Source: Eledone cirrhosa (lineage: Eukaryota). From it: a stretch of 64,000 nucleotides of DNA. Each line of letters opens with the position of its first letter. Position 1 is the first letter of the stretch. This document shows positions 38,234 to 52,900 of this stretch, in pieces. Location of the stretch: positions 70,866,001 to 70,930,000 of the forward strand of contig OZ024746.1 of the NCBI GenBank assembly GCA_964016885.1, given 5' to 3'. A program made the position numbers and the translations under genes. The notes beneath the pieces were generated by a model. The model saw only the letters and a list, made by a program, of their open reading frames with translations. It made no database searches and was not told the DNA's origin.

Positions 38234-38527
38234 TGGAGGCATGTGGCCTGGTGGTAAGGGTGATGGACTTATGATCGTAATGTCGTGGGTTTGATTCCTA
38301 GTCTGGCTTGTGTATGTTCTTGAGCAAAACACTTCATTTCATGTTGTTCAGTATACTCATTTGAAAATAAGTACCAGCAGTAGCTAGGGGTTTAACCCTG
38401 TGATGGACTAACACCCTGTCCAGACACAGGTGGGGGTCTTGTCTTCTCAATTACTTCATGCCGTGGAAACTGGGATAAGCACTGGCCTCATGAGCCTCTG
38501 GGCTTTAGACAGACTTTAAGCTTTTTT
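38234..38527 (+). mobile_element. Full-length family-B SINE with TSD
   Basis: A box tggcctggtgg, B box gggtttgattcc; 12-bp TSD tttatcctgaag at 38222-38233 and 38528-38539. Confidence 0.88.
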
Positions 38528-38760
38528 TTTATCCTGAAGATAGGGCTGTAAAGGTCTTGATATGTTAATAGACTAAGGGATCTAAGTATGCTATTGTTCC
38601 AAACCAAACATAAAGAACTAATGAGAAAATTTGAAAAGATCCTTACTAAAAATTATTCAAACTTGATCACAGTTGTGTCTTTAATATAACACGAAAATCT
38701 CTTCCTAATTTATATATTGTTCATCATTTAACACTTGTTCTTCCATGCTGTCATGGATTT

Positions 38761-40442
<1,682 letters not shown>

Positions 40443-41738
40443 TTTGCTTATGGATTATTTTTAAGCAGTTTTATTTTCTATTTGAAAAGTTTTTTTTCAC
40501 ACTGCTTATTTTGAGCACCAAATCTTATTCATTTATAAACTTGCTATGTGGATTTTTTTTCTTTTTGGGAGGTCACTGAAGGTAGAACAGGCCAAGTGGG
40601 GCGTGTGTTCCAGTTTTGATTTCAGTTTTGTTTGTTATGCGGAAAAATTGTTATTTAAATTATTATTTTTTTCATTCGCCTTTCTCTCTTTGTGTCGCTG
40701 TTTTTTTATTTTCACTTCAACTCTCTGAAATTTCAAATTGACAACATTTTGTGTTAGATTATTATTTTAAATGACCAGCAGACTTAATAATAATCAAGGA
40801 ATGATGCACTGAAATTAAATTTGAAATTAGAATAAATAAATAGATTAAAGAAAATAAATAAAAGATGAAATTTTAAATTCAAATCAGAAATCAATTATGC
40901 AAAAAAAAAAAAAAAAAATGAAAAAAATAGCAAAACAATAAAACAAGACCAAAACAAACTGAAATTTCAAATTTTTATTTATTTATTTATTTAATTATGA
41001 AATCAAAATTTATTGAAATTTATATTTCAATTTCAGGGAAGTTTGATCCCATATATATTCTTTTATTCTTTTACCGCTTTCAGTCATTTGACTGCGGCCA
41101 TGCTGGTGTGCAGCCCTGAAAGGATTTAGCTGATCACATCAACCTCAGTACTTATTTGTTCCAAATCTGGCACTTTTTGTTGAACTGTTAAGTTATAAGG
41201 ACAAATTATAAACATAAACAAAACTATATATATACACATATATATAAGCATACACATTTACGAAAAAAACAAACATGTGTATACATCTACATAGATATAT
41301 GCACACACATACATACAGAAACTCACATACACCCATACACACTTATGTGACAAGCTTCTGCACAGTTGCCTAAGACACATGCCTAAGGTGCAAGGCTGTG
41401 TGATTGAACCATGTGGTTGTGAAGTCAACTTCTTAATCATACAACCATGCCTGTACCTATATAATTAACAGTTTATTGATATAAAGCATCATCTCAGTTT
41501 TATATCATTGATTTGAAATGTCAAACCACCTCTCGTCTTCTCCTCCCCCTTTCTTCAAGCAACTAAAATTAAACTGGAAAAGAGGTTAAAATAACAATCT
41601 TTTTTGCCTTCTTTCCCACTAAACAAACAAACAAAAACCCTCGAAAATTACTAAATAAATAAAATAAAATAAAATAAAATGAAACAAGACTGAGTACTTC
41701 ATATTAAAATTTATACATTTCTGGTCTAACCCTCTTAA

Positions 41739-41946
41739 CCCTTTAGCATTTACATCACTCTATATTTAGTATTATATTTTTGAGGTAAAGGCTTTATCTT
41801 ATATAATTATCTCGCATAATATGGAATCTATGAGATTTTGATATTCATTTTGATATACATATGTATGAGCAGCCAGTTACAGCCGGTTTGAACAGAAAGA
41901 GGTGAGAGAATTCTGGCCGGATATGGCCGGTTTAAATGTTAAAGGG
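41739..41946 (+). mobile_element. piggyBac-type MITE, family 1
   Basis: TTAA at 41735-41738 and 41947-41950; TIR ccctttagcattta / taaatgttaaaggg. Confidence 0.88.
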
Positions 41947-42074
41947 TTAATACGAGCCTGCCTCAAACCATCTCTGGTTCTATGAAATAAAACCACCCAT
42001 TTGAAAGTGTTTCTATTTAAATCACAACTTTTTAACATAAATTTGATATGAACCATCTCAGTTATACTACCACA

Positions 42075-43690
42075 AAGAAGCAGCTGCAGTGCAGCTGCTG
42101 CTTTGTGGCGACATGATAAAACCCTTCCATCTCACATTATCGACATTAACTACCTTAGTTCTTCACTGGAAAATTCTGCATCTTCCTCAATGATTATCTT
42201 TAATGTCTTTGGAGATCTTCTGCGTTTGCATTTCACATTAGTGAGCTCCCATAGTAAAAGTTTTATAGCAGGTTCATTGCTTCTCATGACATGTCCTTCT
42301 AGTTGAAGACATCTGACATGGATGGTATGGCTAATGTGAAAGGTTGCCATAGAGCATTATGTTTGTAACATGGTCAAGAGGTTTGATGTTTTTTATCCTT
42401 TTTAGCATTTAGGTGTAACAACCATCTAAAGCTTTGGTGATAGGTATTGTCACTGACCATAATTCAGAGGAATACAATTAGATTGATTCCACTTGGAATA
42501 ATCTGACTTTTGTTTTTGTGGTTATGTTAGATTCCCACACCTTATCTAGCAAGATCGCAGCAAACCATGCTGTGCTATCCTGTTGTTTATATCGTTTGAT
42601 GAGTTGGTTTATGCACCAAGGTATTTGAAATCATTTAATTTTTCAAGAACAGTATTACTTAATGATTTGATGCTTGTTGCTTGATCTGAGTTGATTGTCA
42701 TGTATTAGGTTTTGTTGAAATTTTGTGCAAGAGATCTTACTTACTGAATCTGCACATAAGACTGTCATTATCGAATTCCATATCTGTTAAGTGTGACAAA
42801 TGTCTCATGCTTCTTGCTTTTGAAGGGTAGAGCCATCAATAGCAATCCACTATGATGATAAATAAATATGGTGTGAGGGGGTCACCTTGAACTACCTGAA
42901 AAAAGTCAGTTTCTCCTTCTGCTGTCAGTACTGTAGCAAGATTGTTTTCCATATGATCCTGATTGTTTTCCATATGATCCTGATTCCATTAATGAGCTTG
43001 AGAGGAATGCTGTAGGCAGGTAGAACTTCAAACATACGTTCTTGGTTATTGTTATCAAAAGCTTTACAAAAGTCTATAAAGTTTGATACGGCTTCTTTTT
43101 GATGATTTCTTACTTCTTCGATTAAATGGCAGAGGGTCATAATCTGTGATAATGTAGATCTAGATGATCTATTTTGGTTTGTACATAGGATTTTTGATTT
43201 TTGGTCTAAGCCTGTTCAAGACAAAGTGATTATAAATTTTGGCAGCCACCTGTATCAGACTTATTCCATGATAATCGTCTGGTTTTCTAAGATCACCTTT
43301 CTTGGGAATAGGTACTATTGTGGAAATACCTCATTCTTCTGATCGGTTTCCGTTAAAGGTCTCATTAGAAAAGTGCAGTAAATAGTATGGAGTTTTTTAA
43401 GTTTCCAGAATTCTAGCAGAATCCCATCCAGGCCTGGTACTTTGTTTTTCATTTGATTGATGGCACTTTTAACTTCATCCAGAAAGAAATCTTCAACAAA
43501 TGTATTGACATTGTATAAATGTTCGATTGTGAATTCATCATTCAGCAGTGCTTTGGAATGATTTTTCCATACTTTGAAGTATTTCTCACCCTCGATAAAT
43601 GTGACTCTAGAGTTCTTTTTTGCCTAATAATTTTTTTATCAATTTCCATACATTCTTTTGGTTGGAATTGTTGAAGGATTTGAGGAGAAT
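42075..43690 (-). pseudogene. Decayed non-LTR retrotransposon (RTE-like) reverse transcriptase region
   Basis: Ordered RT motifs KVPGLDGILLEFWK, IVPIPKKGDL..YHGISL, FIDFCKAFD, QGDPLTPYLFII, FKYLG, GHVMRSNEP; many stops and frameshifts. Confidence 0.9.
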
Positions 43691-44649
43691 ATTGATTTTT
43701 TTTTTTTTTTTTTGTGTTTTTTTAAAAGTTATGATACAAATATTATCGTAGACCTTTTGGCATCAAATCACTTGAAACCATTCCCTGGTTCTTTGATACA
43801 TAACTGTTTATTTTAAGATGTTTATATTTATCTAAATTTTTCCTTATGACCATAGTGAAAATTTCTTGGCATGACTACATTATGAATGGAAAGGGCTGGG
43901 CTGAGTAAGCTACAAAATACCCTCACTATGTTGGTGGAAGATGCTCGGCCATGTACTATATAGATAGAGTAAGAGACCAATGGAAGTCTCTCTTGAGTGA
44001 AAACCAGAGTTGGAGCATAGGAGACGAGGTTGTGTAACCTACGAAATATTATCACCGAAACATCATGGAAGGTGATTTGCCATATGTCATCCCTGCTCAG
44101 AGAGAGACAATGAGTCTCTCTCGAGTAGGAGCATAGGAGTCCTGTCAAGACAAAGTTGGGGTCTGTGAAGGAGGGCCTGGAAGCAGGTTCATGAAAGAAC
44201 TCATGAAAGGGCTTGTGACAATAGCTGGGTGTAGATCTCTTGTGGCCTTTAGCTCCATAGGTGGCAAGAGAAAGTTACTTACTATTTGATTAACACACTA
44301 ACACCTCCAGTTTGTATTATGTCTAGCTTATGTCTGGGCTAACAAGGTCATATCAGTTAAACTTTTCAATACAAACTATCTGAAATTGTTCCTCGTTCTT
44401 TGATAAAACATTGTTTGCTTTAAAGTGTTTATATTTATCTAAAAAAAAAACTTTCTATCATAATTTTATGTAAGTACCTTTGTTATGTCCCAAACACCAA
44501 CTTAATTGGAAAATTATTTCATATTTTTCCAAATTTGTGATTATTTTCAAAATTATTTGAATATCATAGACATTAATTTTCATTAGAAATATAGTAATGA
44601 AAGCATGAAAGTGTTTATATTTATCTATGACTGTCCATCATAATTTTAC

Positions 44650-44868
44650 CCCTTTAGCATTTACATTACTCTGTCTACTATTATATTTTCATGGTAAAGG
44701 CTTTACCTCACATAATTATCTCACATAATATCGAATCTATGAGATTTTGATATTATTTATTTTGAGAACAATATCTTAACATAAGTATGAGAGGTGAATT
44801 ACAGCCAGTTTGAACAGAAAGAGGTGAGAGAATCCTGACCAGATATGGCTGGTTTAAATGCTAAAGGG
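44650..44868 (+). mobile_element. piggyBac-type MITE, family 1, nested in a family-2 MITE
   Basis: ccctttagcattta..taaatgctaaaggg|ttaa; the flanks rejoin as family-2 sequence. Confidence 0.82.
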
Positions 44869-45464
44869 TTAAATAAGAACCTTTTAAGTTATATTCCACC
44901 AGCTGAATGAGAAAGTTAGTTATATCTCTAAATCCATTCAAACAATTTGAAAATCATCGGAAGTGTCTTTTATTACAAATATGGTAATGAAAAGGTTACA
45001 CCCCACCCCCAACCACTTCAGACATCTTCCGGTGGTCATTATTTTTATCAGATCATTGTTTACTTGTTTATCTGATCTCATTGACCTGACTGACACACCA
45101 AGGTGCAAAGGTCACAAAGGTCAACTTGTGTAATTGACTGGTGACATTTAACACAATCCTTGCTCCCTAAATACTTTCCCTGCAATTAAATTATAGAAAA
45201 TAAAAAAAAAATTAAATAATAAGAGTAGAGTGAAGGAGGGAAAATTTTACACCTCTGTCTTGCTGGTTATAACTCAGCTGTGCCTTGCTTCGGGCAAAAT
45301 GGTAAAAGCATTGCCACAGGGAACAGCCAGCGACACTGTATATAACAGACTCTTTCTCTATCACCATAATCATCACTAACATAACCCCACTGTCCCTGTC
45401 TTTTTGTATTGTCCCCTATATGTGGGTCCTAGTGGCCAATAAAAAAGTCATTATTATTATTATT

Positions 45465-46250
45465 ATTTGGTGGAGCACCGGATACCATGCTTCACCGCAT
45501 AGAGTTACAGCCCTTTACGTTCTGAGTTCAAATCCCACCAAGGTTAGATTTGCCTTTCATCCTTATGGGGTCAATTTAATCGACTTTCCCCTTTCCTTCA
45601 AATTGCTGGCCTTGTGCCTAAAGTAGTAACAATTATTATAATTATTATTACCCTCATCCAGTTGGCAGAACTGTGAGAACATTGGACAAAATACTTTTCA
45701 GTACTTGATCCAGCTCTTTATCTTCTGAGTTCAAATCCTATCAAGGTTAATTGTTCCTTTCATCTTTCTGGAAGTTGATAAAATATAATATCAATCTAAT
45801 ATTAGGGTCGATTAAATTGACATTTCCTCTCCCCAAATTGCTGATCATGTGTTTAAATTAGAAATCATTATTATATCCCGCCGAGGTTGACTTTGCCTTT
45901 CATCCTTACGGGGTTGATAAAATAAAGTACCAGTAATGCACTGGGTAATTGCTGGCCTTGTGCCTAAAGTAGAAACAATTATTATTTATTTTGATGGTGG
46001 AAATTATTATTATTGTTATAAACAGTGGTGGATCGGCAGTATAGGTAGAGTGTCAGACACTACGCATTGCAGCATAGAGTTTCGGCCCTTTAAACTCTGA
46101 GTTCAAATCCCGTCGAGGTTTGCTTTGCCTTTCATCCTTACGGGGTTGATAAAATAAAGCCCCAGTAATGCACTGGGGTCGATATGATCGACTTTCCCCT
46201 CTCCTTCAAATTGCTGGCCTTGTGCCTAAAGTAGAAACAATTATTATTGT
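45465..46250 (+). mobile_element. Chain of about 4 family-A SINE copies
   Basis: Repeated core and tail separated by (TTA)n tails. Confidence 0.8.
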
Positions 46251-46992
46251 TATTTTTTCGATAGTTTCATGTGAGTTTCTATTGCACCATATGGTGTATC
46301 TCCATGTTCTTGAGGTGTGTTCAGCATTGTGTGTTCTTATTTCTGTTATTGTACGGCATCAGTTTTGTTTTGTTACAGGGTTTAGTGTACTGTTTCTGGT
46401 AATATTTTAGTGTTTGTTCTATTGTGTAGAGTATGTGTAATGTAAGTTGTGTTATTTTGTTGGGTAGTAAATATATTCTGTATATGTTGGGTAGTCCATG
46501 TTATGTGTCTCAGTGTTGGGTTTGCTGTGTGGATAGTGTTGTGGTAGTGTAATGTATTGCAGCTGTTCGAAATATTGGTTGTGTTAGTTATTGGTTTTGG
46601 TCGTGTTGGGTATAGTTTATGTCACATTCTGTGTCACACTGAATCTCCCTGAGGACTATGTTAAGGGTATGCGTGTCTCTGGAATGCTCAGCCACTTGCA
46701 TGTTAATTTCATGAGCTGGTTGTTCCATTGATCGGATCAATTGCAACACTCGTTATAACCAATGGACTGCCAGTCGGTTAGTCATGTAAGAGTATGTGCT
46801 ATTTTATTGGATATCAACCCTATAGAGTGTATGTTGTGTGAATTGTGTTATTTTATTAGGTACTTAATATATAGGGTACAGGCTATATGTTAAGAATGTT
46901 CTATTTGAACTGTGCTATTTAACCAACTATTATCATCATTATTATCACTAGCAGATTGCCCTGTTGGCCAATAAATGAAATCATTATTATCA

Positions 46993-47250
46993 CTAGCAGA
47001 AAACCACCCAACCCTTTGGGTGGTTTTCTGCTAGCATGTGTAGTGTGCATATTGATATTATATGCAAATATATATTATATCTTTAAATAAGCAATAAAAT
47101 ATATTTAATCAAGAGTTACGAAATTTAGTAGATAAATTATGCAATATTCATTCATTATTTATTCAAAGTAATCCAACTTATTTTACAAACGGGATAAAAA
47201 AAATATATTCTGGACGCAGTCCTGCACTCCTTTCTTTATTATAGTTAAGA
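46993..47250 (-). mobile_element. Non-autonomous Helitron
   Basis: Minus strand A|TCTTAACTATAATAAAG ... CTAG|T; terminal perfect 19-bp hairpin at 46993-47034. Confidence 0.72.
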
Positions 47251-47269
47251 TTTGTTTTTCATCTTTTTT

Positions 47270-47886
47270 GGGGTGTTAAAATAAAGTACCAGTCAAGTAA
47301 TAGGAGTTGATATAACTCCCCCAAAATGCTGGCCTTGTGCCTAAATTAGAAATTATCATCATTATAATCTCACTGAGGTTAGCTTTGCCTCTCATACTTA
47401 TGGGGTCGATAAAATAAAGTACAAATCATGCACTGGGGTGATTTAATCGACTTTCCACTCCCTCCAAAATTGCTGGTCTTGTGCCTAAATCAGAAACCAT
47501 TATTAGGTTTAAATTAGAAATCATTATTATATCCCGCCGAGGTTGACTGGTGGATTGGCAGTATCGGTAGAGGGTCGGACGCCATGCTTTCCAGCATAGT
47601 TACGTCCCTTTACGATCTGAGTTCAAATCCCGCCGAGGTTGACTTTGCCTTTCATCCTTACGGGGTCGATAAAATAAAGTACCAGTAATGCACTGGATAA
47701 TTTGCTGGCCTTGTGCCTAAAGTAGAAACAATTATTATTATTATTATTATTACGATCTGAGTTCAAATCCCGCCGAGGTTGACTTTGCCTTTCATCCTTA
47801 CGGGGTCGATAGAATAAAGTACCAGTAATGCACTGGGTAATTGCTGGCCTTGTGCCTAAAGTAGAAACAATTATTATTATTATTAT
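47270..47886 (+). mobile_element. Chain of family-A SINE copies including a near-identical tandem partial duplication
   Basis: ~47610-47740 repeated at ~47750-47880. Confidence 0.85.
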
Positions 47887-48251
47887 CAGCTGTGGTAGCA
47901 TCAGCAGTAAATTTTGGTGAATAAAGGATTGGGGGGAGGGTTCAGAACAAAGATATTCTAGCAGGCAGATCAGATCTCCAATTTCTACACCCACCACCCC
48001 TTTCTTCTCAGCCCCTTCCCCTTCAACTTTTCACCCACCTCCTCCTCCAGCTATTTTTATGTATCTTCCTAAATCTCCCTACTTTGTATTTTATTCTTCA
48101 ATATATTGTATATTTGGAGGTTCTATCATATTGATTATGTTATTAGTTCTATCTTCTCTTTGTTGCCTCTTGTTCTTGTTACTGTTATTGTTGTTTCACT
48201 AGCAATGTTATATATATATCTTCCCCTCCTTTCTCTCTCTCTCTATACATA

Positions 48252-48337
48252 CAGAATGTCCCCCCCCCCCAAAAAAAAATGTATACACACTTCAACACCA
48301 TTCTAATAAGTGTGTGTATACATTGTTTTGGGACACC

Positions 48338-48340
<3 letters not shown>
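48252..48340. mobile_element. Tc1/mariner-type mini-MITE
   Basis: TA|cag..tgtccc..tgtatacacac and tgtgtatacattgttttgggacaccctg|TA imperfect TIRs. Confidence 0.55.
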
Positions 48341-48375
<35 letters not shown>

Positions 48376-48845
48376 TATTTATATCTAATAGCTGATATTT
48401 GGACAATAATGTTTTCGACTATATTTTTGTAAGGTAAAATTTATAAGGTCATCTATTATACACTTTTGAGGGTCTGTAATTCACACTACAATCCATAACA
48501 CTGTATCCATACACAGCACCCTAAATGGTCTCTGCATGAATAAAAGTAAAACATTTAATTACAGTAATAATACCTATATTTCCTCACATCAAAACACCAC
48601 ACAGATAAGACCACATAGCTTTTATATTTTCACATATGTACACCACAGCATGATGATGTAGAGAGATTAATTTCCTCATGGTAACCATAAATGCTGGTTA
48701 ATAAAGAATTACATAGGATATTTGGAAAATTTCGGAACAAACGTTGGTGTTGGGGGTAGGGGTCAACTTTTACACAAGTATCTTGTATATATATATATAT
48801 ATGATGATGATGATGATGATGATATATATATATATATGATGATGA

Positions 48846-48896
<51 letters not shown>

Positions 48897-49959
48897 TATA
48901 TATATATATATATACACACACACCATAGTACCCATCAAAAGTGATGGGGGATATGGAAAAAATTATTTTATTTAAGAATTTCTTGATTACAACATTCTAT
49001 GCAGAGATGCTTCAATCCTCGATTTTCCTTGACCCTTTCTCCCACTGTAACTCTGGCCATTGCCATATTTCATTTTACATTCATTTAAATTAATTTCAAT
49101 AATTTTCTTTAAGAAATATCCAACTAATTTATGATGACTTTGTACTGTCCACTTACCTGTCTGTCTGTCTGCCTTCAGATCACTATTGGGATTTGTGCTT
49201 TGTTGTTGTTATTGATACTCTCATCCCCACATACATACATTGATAAATATACATAAATGGGTAACTACAGATTGACAGTCATGTAGACAGACAGAGAGGT
49301 AGGTAGATAGAGAACTCGGTGGGTAGATAGATATACAATTATGTAGATAGATAGATAGACAGGAAGTGAGATAGGCAGATAGATAGAGACAGATAAAGAA
49401 CAGACTGATAGATGGATAGATAGGTAGATAGGTAGGTAGATAGACATTTAAATAAACAGCTGGATAGATGTCATTTTTTTACCCATATAGATAGCTATAA
49501 ATAGAAGCTGCTTGATCACTGATCATCATGTCAACTTTGTGTGTGTGTGAGAGAGAGAAGGTGGAATAAAAAACCATTATTATTGTTGTTTTTAGCACAG
49601 TGAATTTGGTGAATTGTTAGTGTCGGACAAAATACTTTGCAGCATTTGTTCATGATTTTTATGTTCTGAGTTCCTCTTTCTGGAGTTGATAGAATGTCGT
49701 ACTAGTTAAGTACTAGAGTCGATATAATCAACTTCCCCTCTCCACAAATTGCTGGCCTTGTGCCAAAATTATAAATTGTTGGTGTTGTTGTTAATATTGA
49801 CTTTTGTTTTATTTTAGGTAAGTACCATTTTGTTGAGATTGAACTTGCGATGACCTTGTTTGGGGTAAGGCACATTTATTTCTATGTCTGTCTGTCTCTC
49901 TCACACACTCAATTACACATATATACTCACACATACAAATACACAGGTGCCACTTTAGT

Positions 49960-52900
49960 GTGCCATCTACCTGTATATTTACAATTAGTATGCAGTCTAC
50001 CTGGCTATTTGCAGTTCAGTGTGTGGTGTACATAGCTACTTACAGATCATTGTGTGGTGTACCTGGCTATTTACAGTTCAGTTTGTAATCTACATGGTCA
50101 TTCACAGTACAGTATGTGATCTACCTGGACATTTACAGGTGAATGTGTGATATACTTGACCATTTACATTTCATGATATTGTCTACCTGGCTATTTACAA
50201 GTCAATGTGTGGACTACCTGGCCATTTACATTTCATCATATTGTCTACCTGGCCATTTACAGTTCAATGTGTGGTATACCTGGCTATTTACAGTTCAATG
50301 TGTGGTATACCTGGCTATTTACAGTTCTATGTATGGTATACCTGGCTATTTACAGTTCTATGTATGGTATACCTGGCTATTTACAGTTCTATGTGTGGTA
50401 TACCTGGCTATTTACAATTCAATGTGTGGTATACCTGGCTATTTACAGTTCAATGTGTGGTATACCTGGCTATTTACAGTTCAATGTGTGGTATACCTGG
50501 CTATTTACAGTTCTATGTATGGTATACCTGGCTATTTACAGTTCAATGTGTGGTATACCTGGCTATTTACAGTTCTATGTGTGGTATACCTGGCTATTTA
50601 CAATTCAATGTGTGGTATACCTGGCTATTTACAATTCAATGTGTGGTATACCTGGCTATTTACAGTTCAATGTGTGGTATACCTGGCTATTTACAGTTCA
50701 ATGTGTGGTATACCTGGCTATTTACAGTTCTATGTGTGGTATACCTGGCTATTTACAGTTCAATGTGTGGTATACCTGGCTATTTACAGTTCTATGTGTG
50801 GTATACCTGGCTATTTACAGTTCAATGTGTGGTATACCTGGCTATTTACAGTTCTATGTGTGGTATACCTGGCTATTTACAGTTCTATGTGTGGTATACC
50901 TGGCTATTTACAATTCAATGTGTGGTATACCTGGCTATTTACAGTTCAATGTGTGGTATACCTGGCTATTTACAGTTCAATGTGTGGTATACCTGGCTAT
51001 TTACAGTTATATGTGTGGTATACCTGGCTATTTACAGTTCAATGTGTGGTATACCTGGCTATTTACAGTTCTATCTGTGGTATACCTGGCTATTTACAGT
51101 TCAATGTGTGGTATACATGGCTATTTACAGTTCAATGTGGTATACCTGGCTATTTACAGTTCAATGTGTGGTATACCTGGCTATTTACAGTTCAATGTGT
51201 GGTATACCTAGCTATTTACAGTTCTATGTGTGGTATACCTGGCTATTTACAATTCAATGTGTGGTATACCTGGCTATTTACAGTTCAATGTGTGGTATAC
51301 CTGGCTATTTACAGTTCTATCTGTGGTATACCTGGCTATTTACAGTTCAATGTGTGGTATACCTGGCTATTTACAGTTCAATGTGGTATACCTGGCTATT
51401 TACAGTTCAATGTGTGGTATACCTGGCTATTTACAGTTCAATGTGTCGTATACCTAGCTATTTACAGTTCTATGTGTGGTATACCTGGCTATTTACAGTT
51501 CAATGTGTGGTATACCTGGCTATTTACAGTTCAATGTGTGGTATACCTGGCTATTTACAGTTCAATGTGTGGTATACCTGGCTATTTACAGTTCTATGTG
51601 TGGTATACCTGGCTATTTACAGTTCTATGTGTGGTATACCTGGCTATTTACAGTTCAATGTGTGGTATACCTGGCTATTTACAGTTCAATGTGTGGTATA
51701 CCTGGCTATTTACAGTTCAATGTGTGGTATACCTGGCTATTTACAGTTCTATGTGTGGTATACCTGGCTATTTACAGTTCTATGTGTGGTATACCTGGCT
51801 ATTTACAATTCAATGTGTGGTATACCTGGCTATTTACAGTTCAATGTGTGGTATGCCTGGCTATTTACAGTTCTATGTGTGGTATACCTGGCTATTTACA
51901 GTTCAATGTGTGGTATACCTGGCTATTTACAGTTCTATGTGTGGTATACCTGGCTATTTACAGTTCAATGTGTGGTATACCTGGCTATTTACAGTTCAAT
52001 GTGTGGTATACCTGGCTATTTACAGTTCTATATGTGGTATACCTGGCTATTTACAGTTCAATGTGTGGTATACCTGGCTATTTACAGTTCAATGTGTGGT
52101 ATACCTGGCTATTTACATTTCAATGTGTGGTATACCTGGCTATTTACAGTTCAATGTGTGGTATACCTGGCTATTTACATTTCAATGTGTGGTATACCTG
52201 GCTATTTACAGTTCAATGTGTGGTATACCTGGCTATGTACATTTCAATGTGTGGTATACCTGGCTATTTACAGTTCTATCTGTGGTATACCTGGCTATTT
52301 ACAGTTCTATATGTGGTATACCTGGCTATTTACATTTCAATGTGTGGTATACCTGGCTATTTACATTTCAATGTGTGGTATACCTGGCTATTTACAGTTC
52401 AATGTGTGGTATACCTGGCTATTTACAGTTCTATGAGTGGTATATCTGGCTATTTACAGTTCTATATGTGGTATACCTGTCTATTTACAGTTCAATGTGT
52501 GGTATACCTGGCTATTTACAGTTCTATATGTGGTATACCTGGCTATTTACAGTTCAATGTGTGGTATACCTGGCTATTTACATTTCAATGTGTGGTATAC
52601 CTGGCTATTTACATTTCAATGTGTGGTATACCTGGCTATTTACAGTTCAATGTGTGGTATACCTGGCTATTTACAGTTCAATGTGTGGTATACCTGGCTA
52701 TTTACAGTTCTATGAGTGGTATATCTGGCTATTTACAGTTCTATGAATGGTATATCTGGCTATTTACAGTTCTATATGTGGTATACCTGGCTATTTACAG
52801 TTCTATGTGTGGTATACCTGGCTATTTACAGTTCTATGTGTGGTATACCTGGCTATTTACAGTTCTATCTGTGGTATACCTGGCTATTTACAGTTCTCTG

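Noticed and set aside
38234-38310. tRNA genes at A/B-box motifs here and in other SINE heads
   Set aside because: No complete cloverleaf; the boxes run into SINE bodies bounded by TSDs
43828-44340. 106-aa minus-strand ORF in GC-richer sequence
   Set aside because: No motif I recognise; possibly an old retroelement fragment, but unsupported without a search
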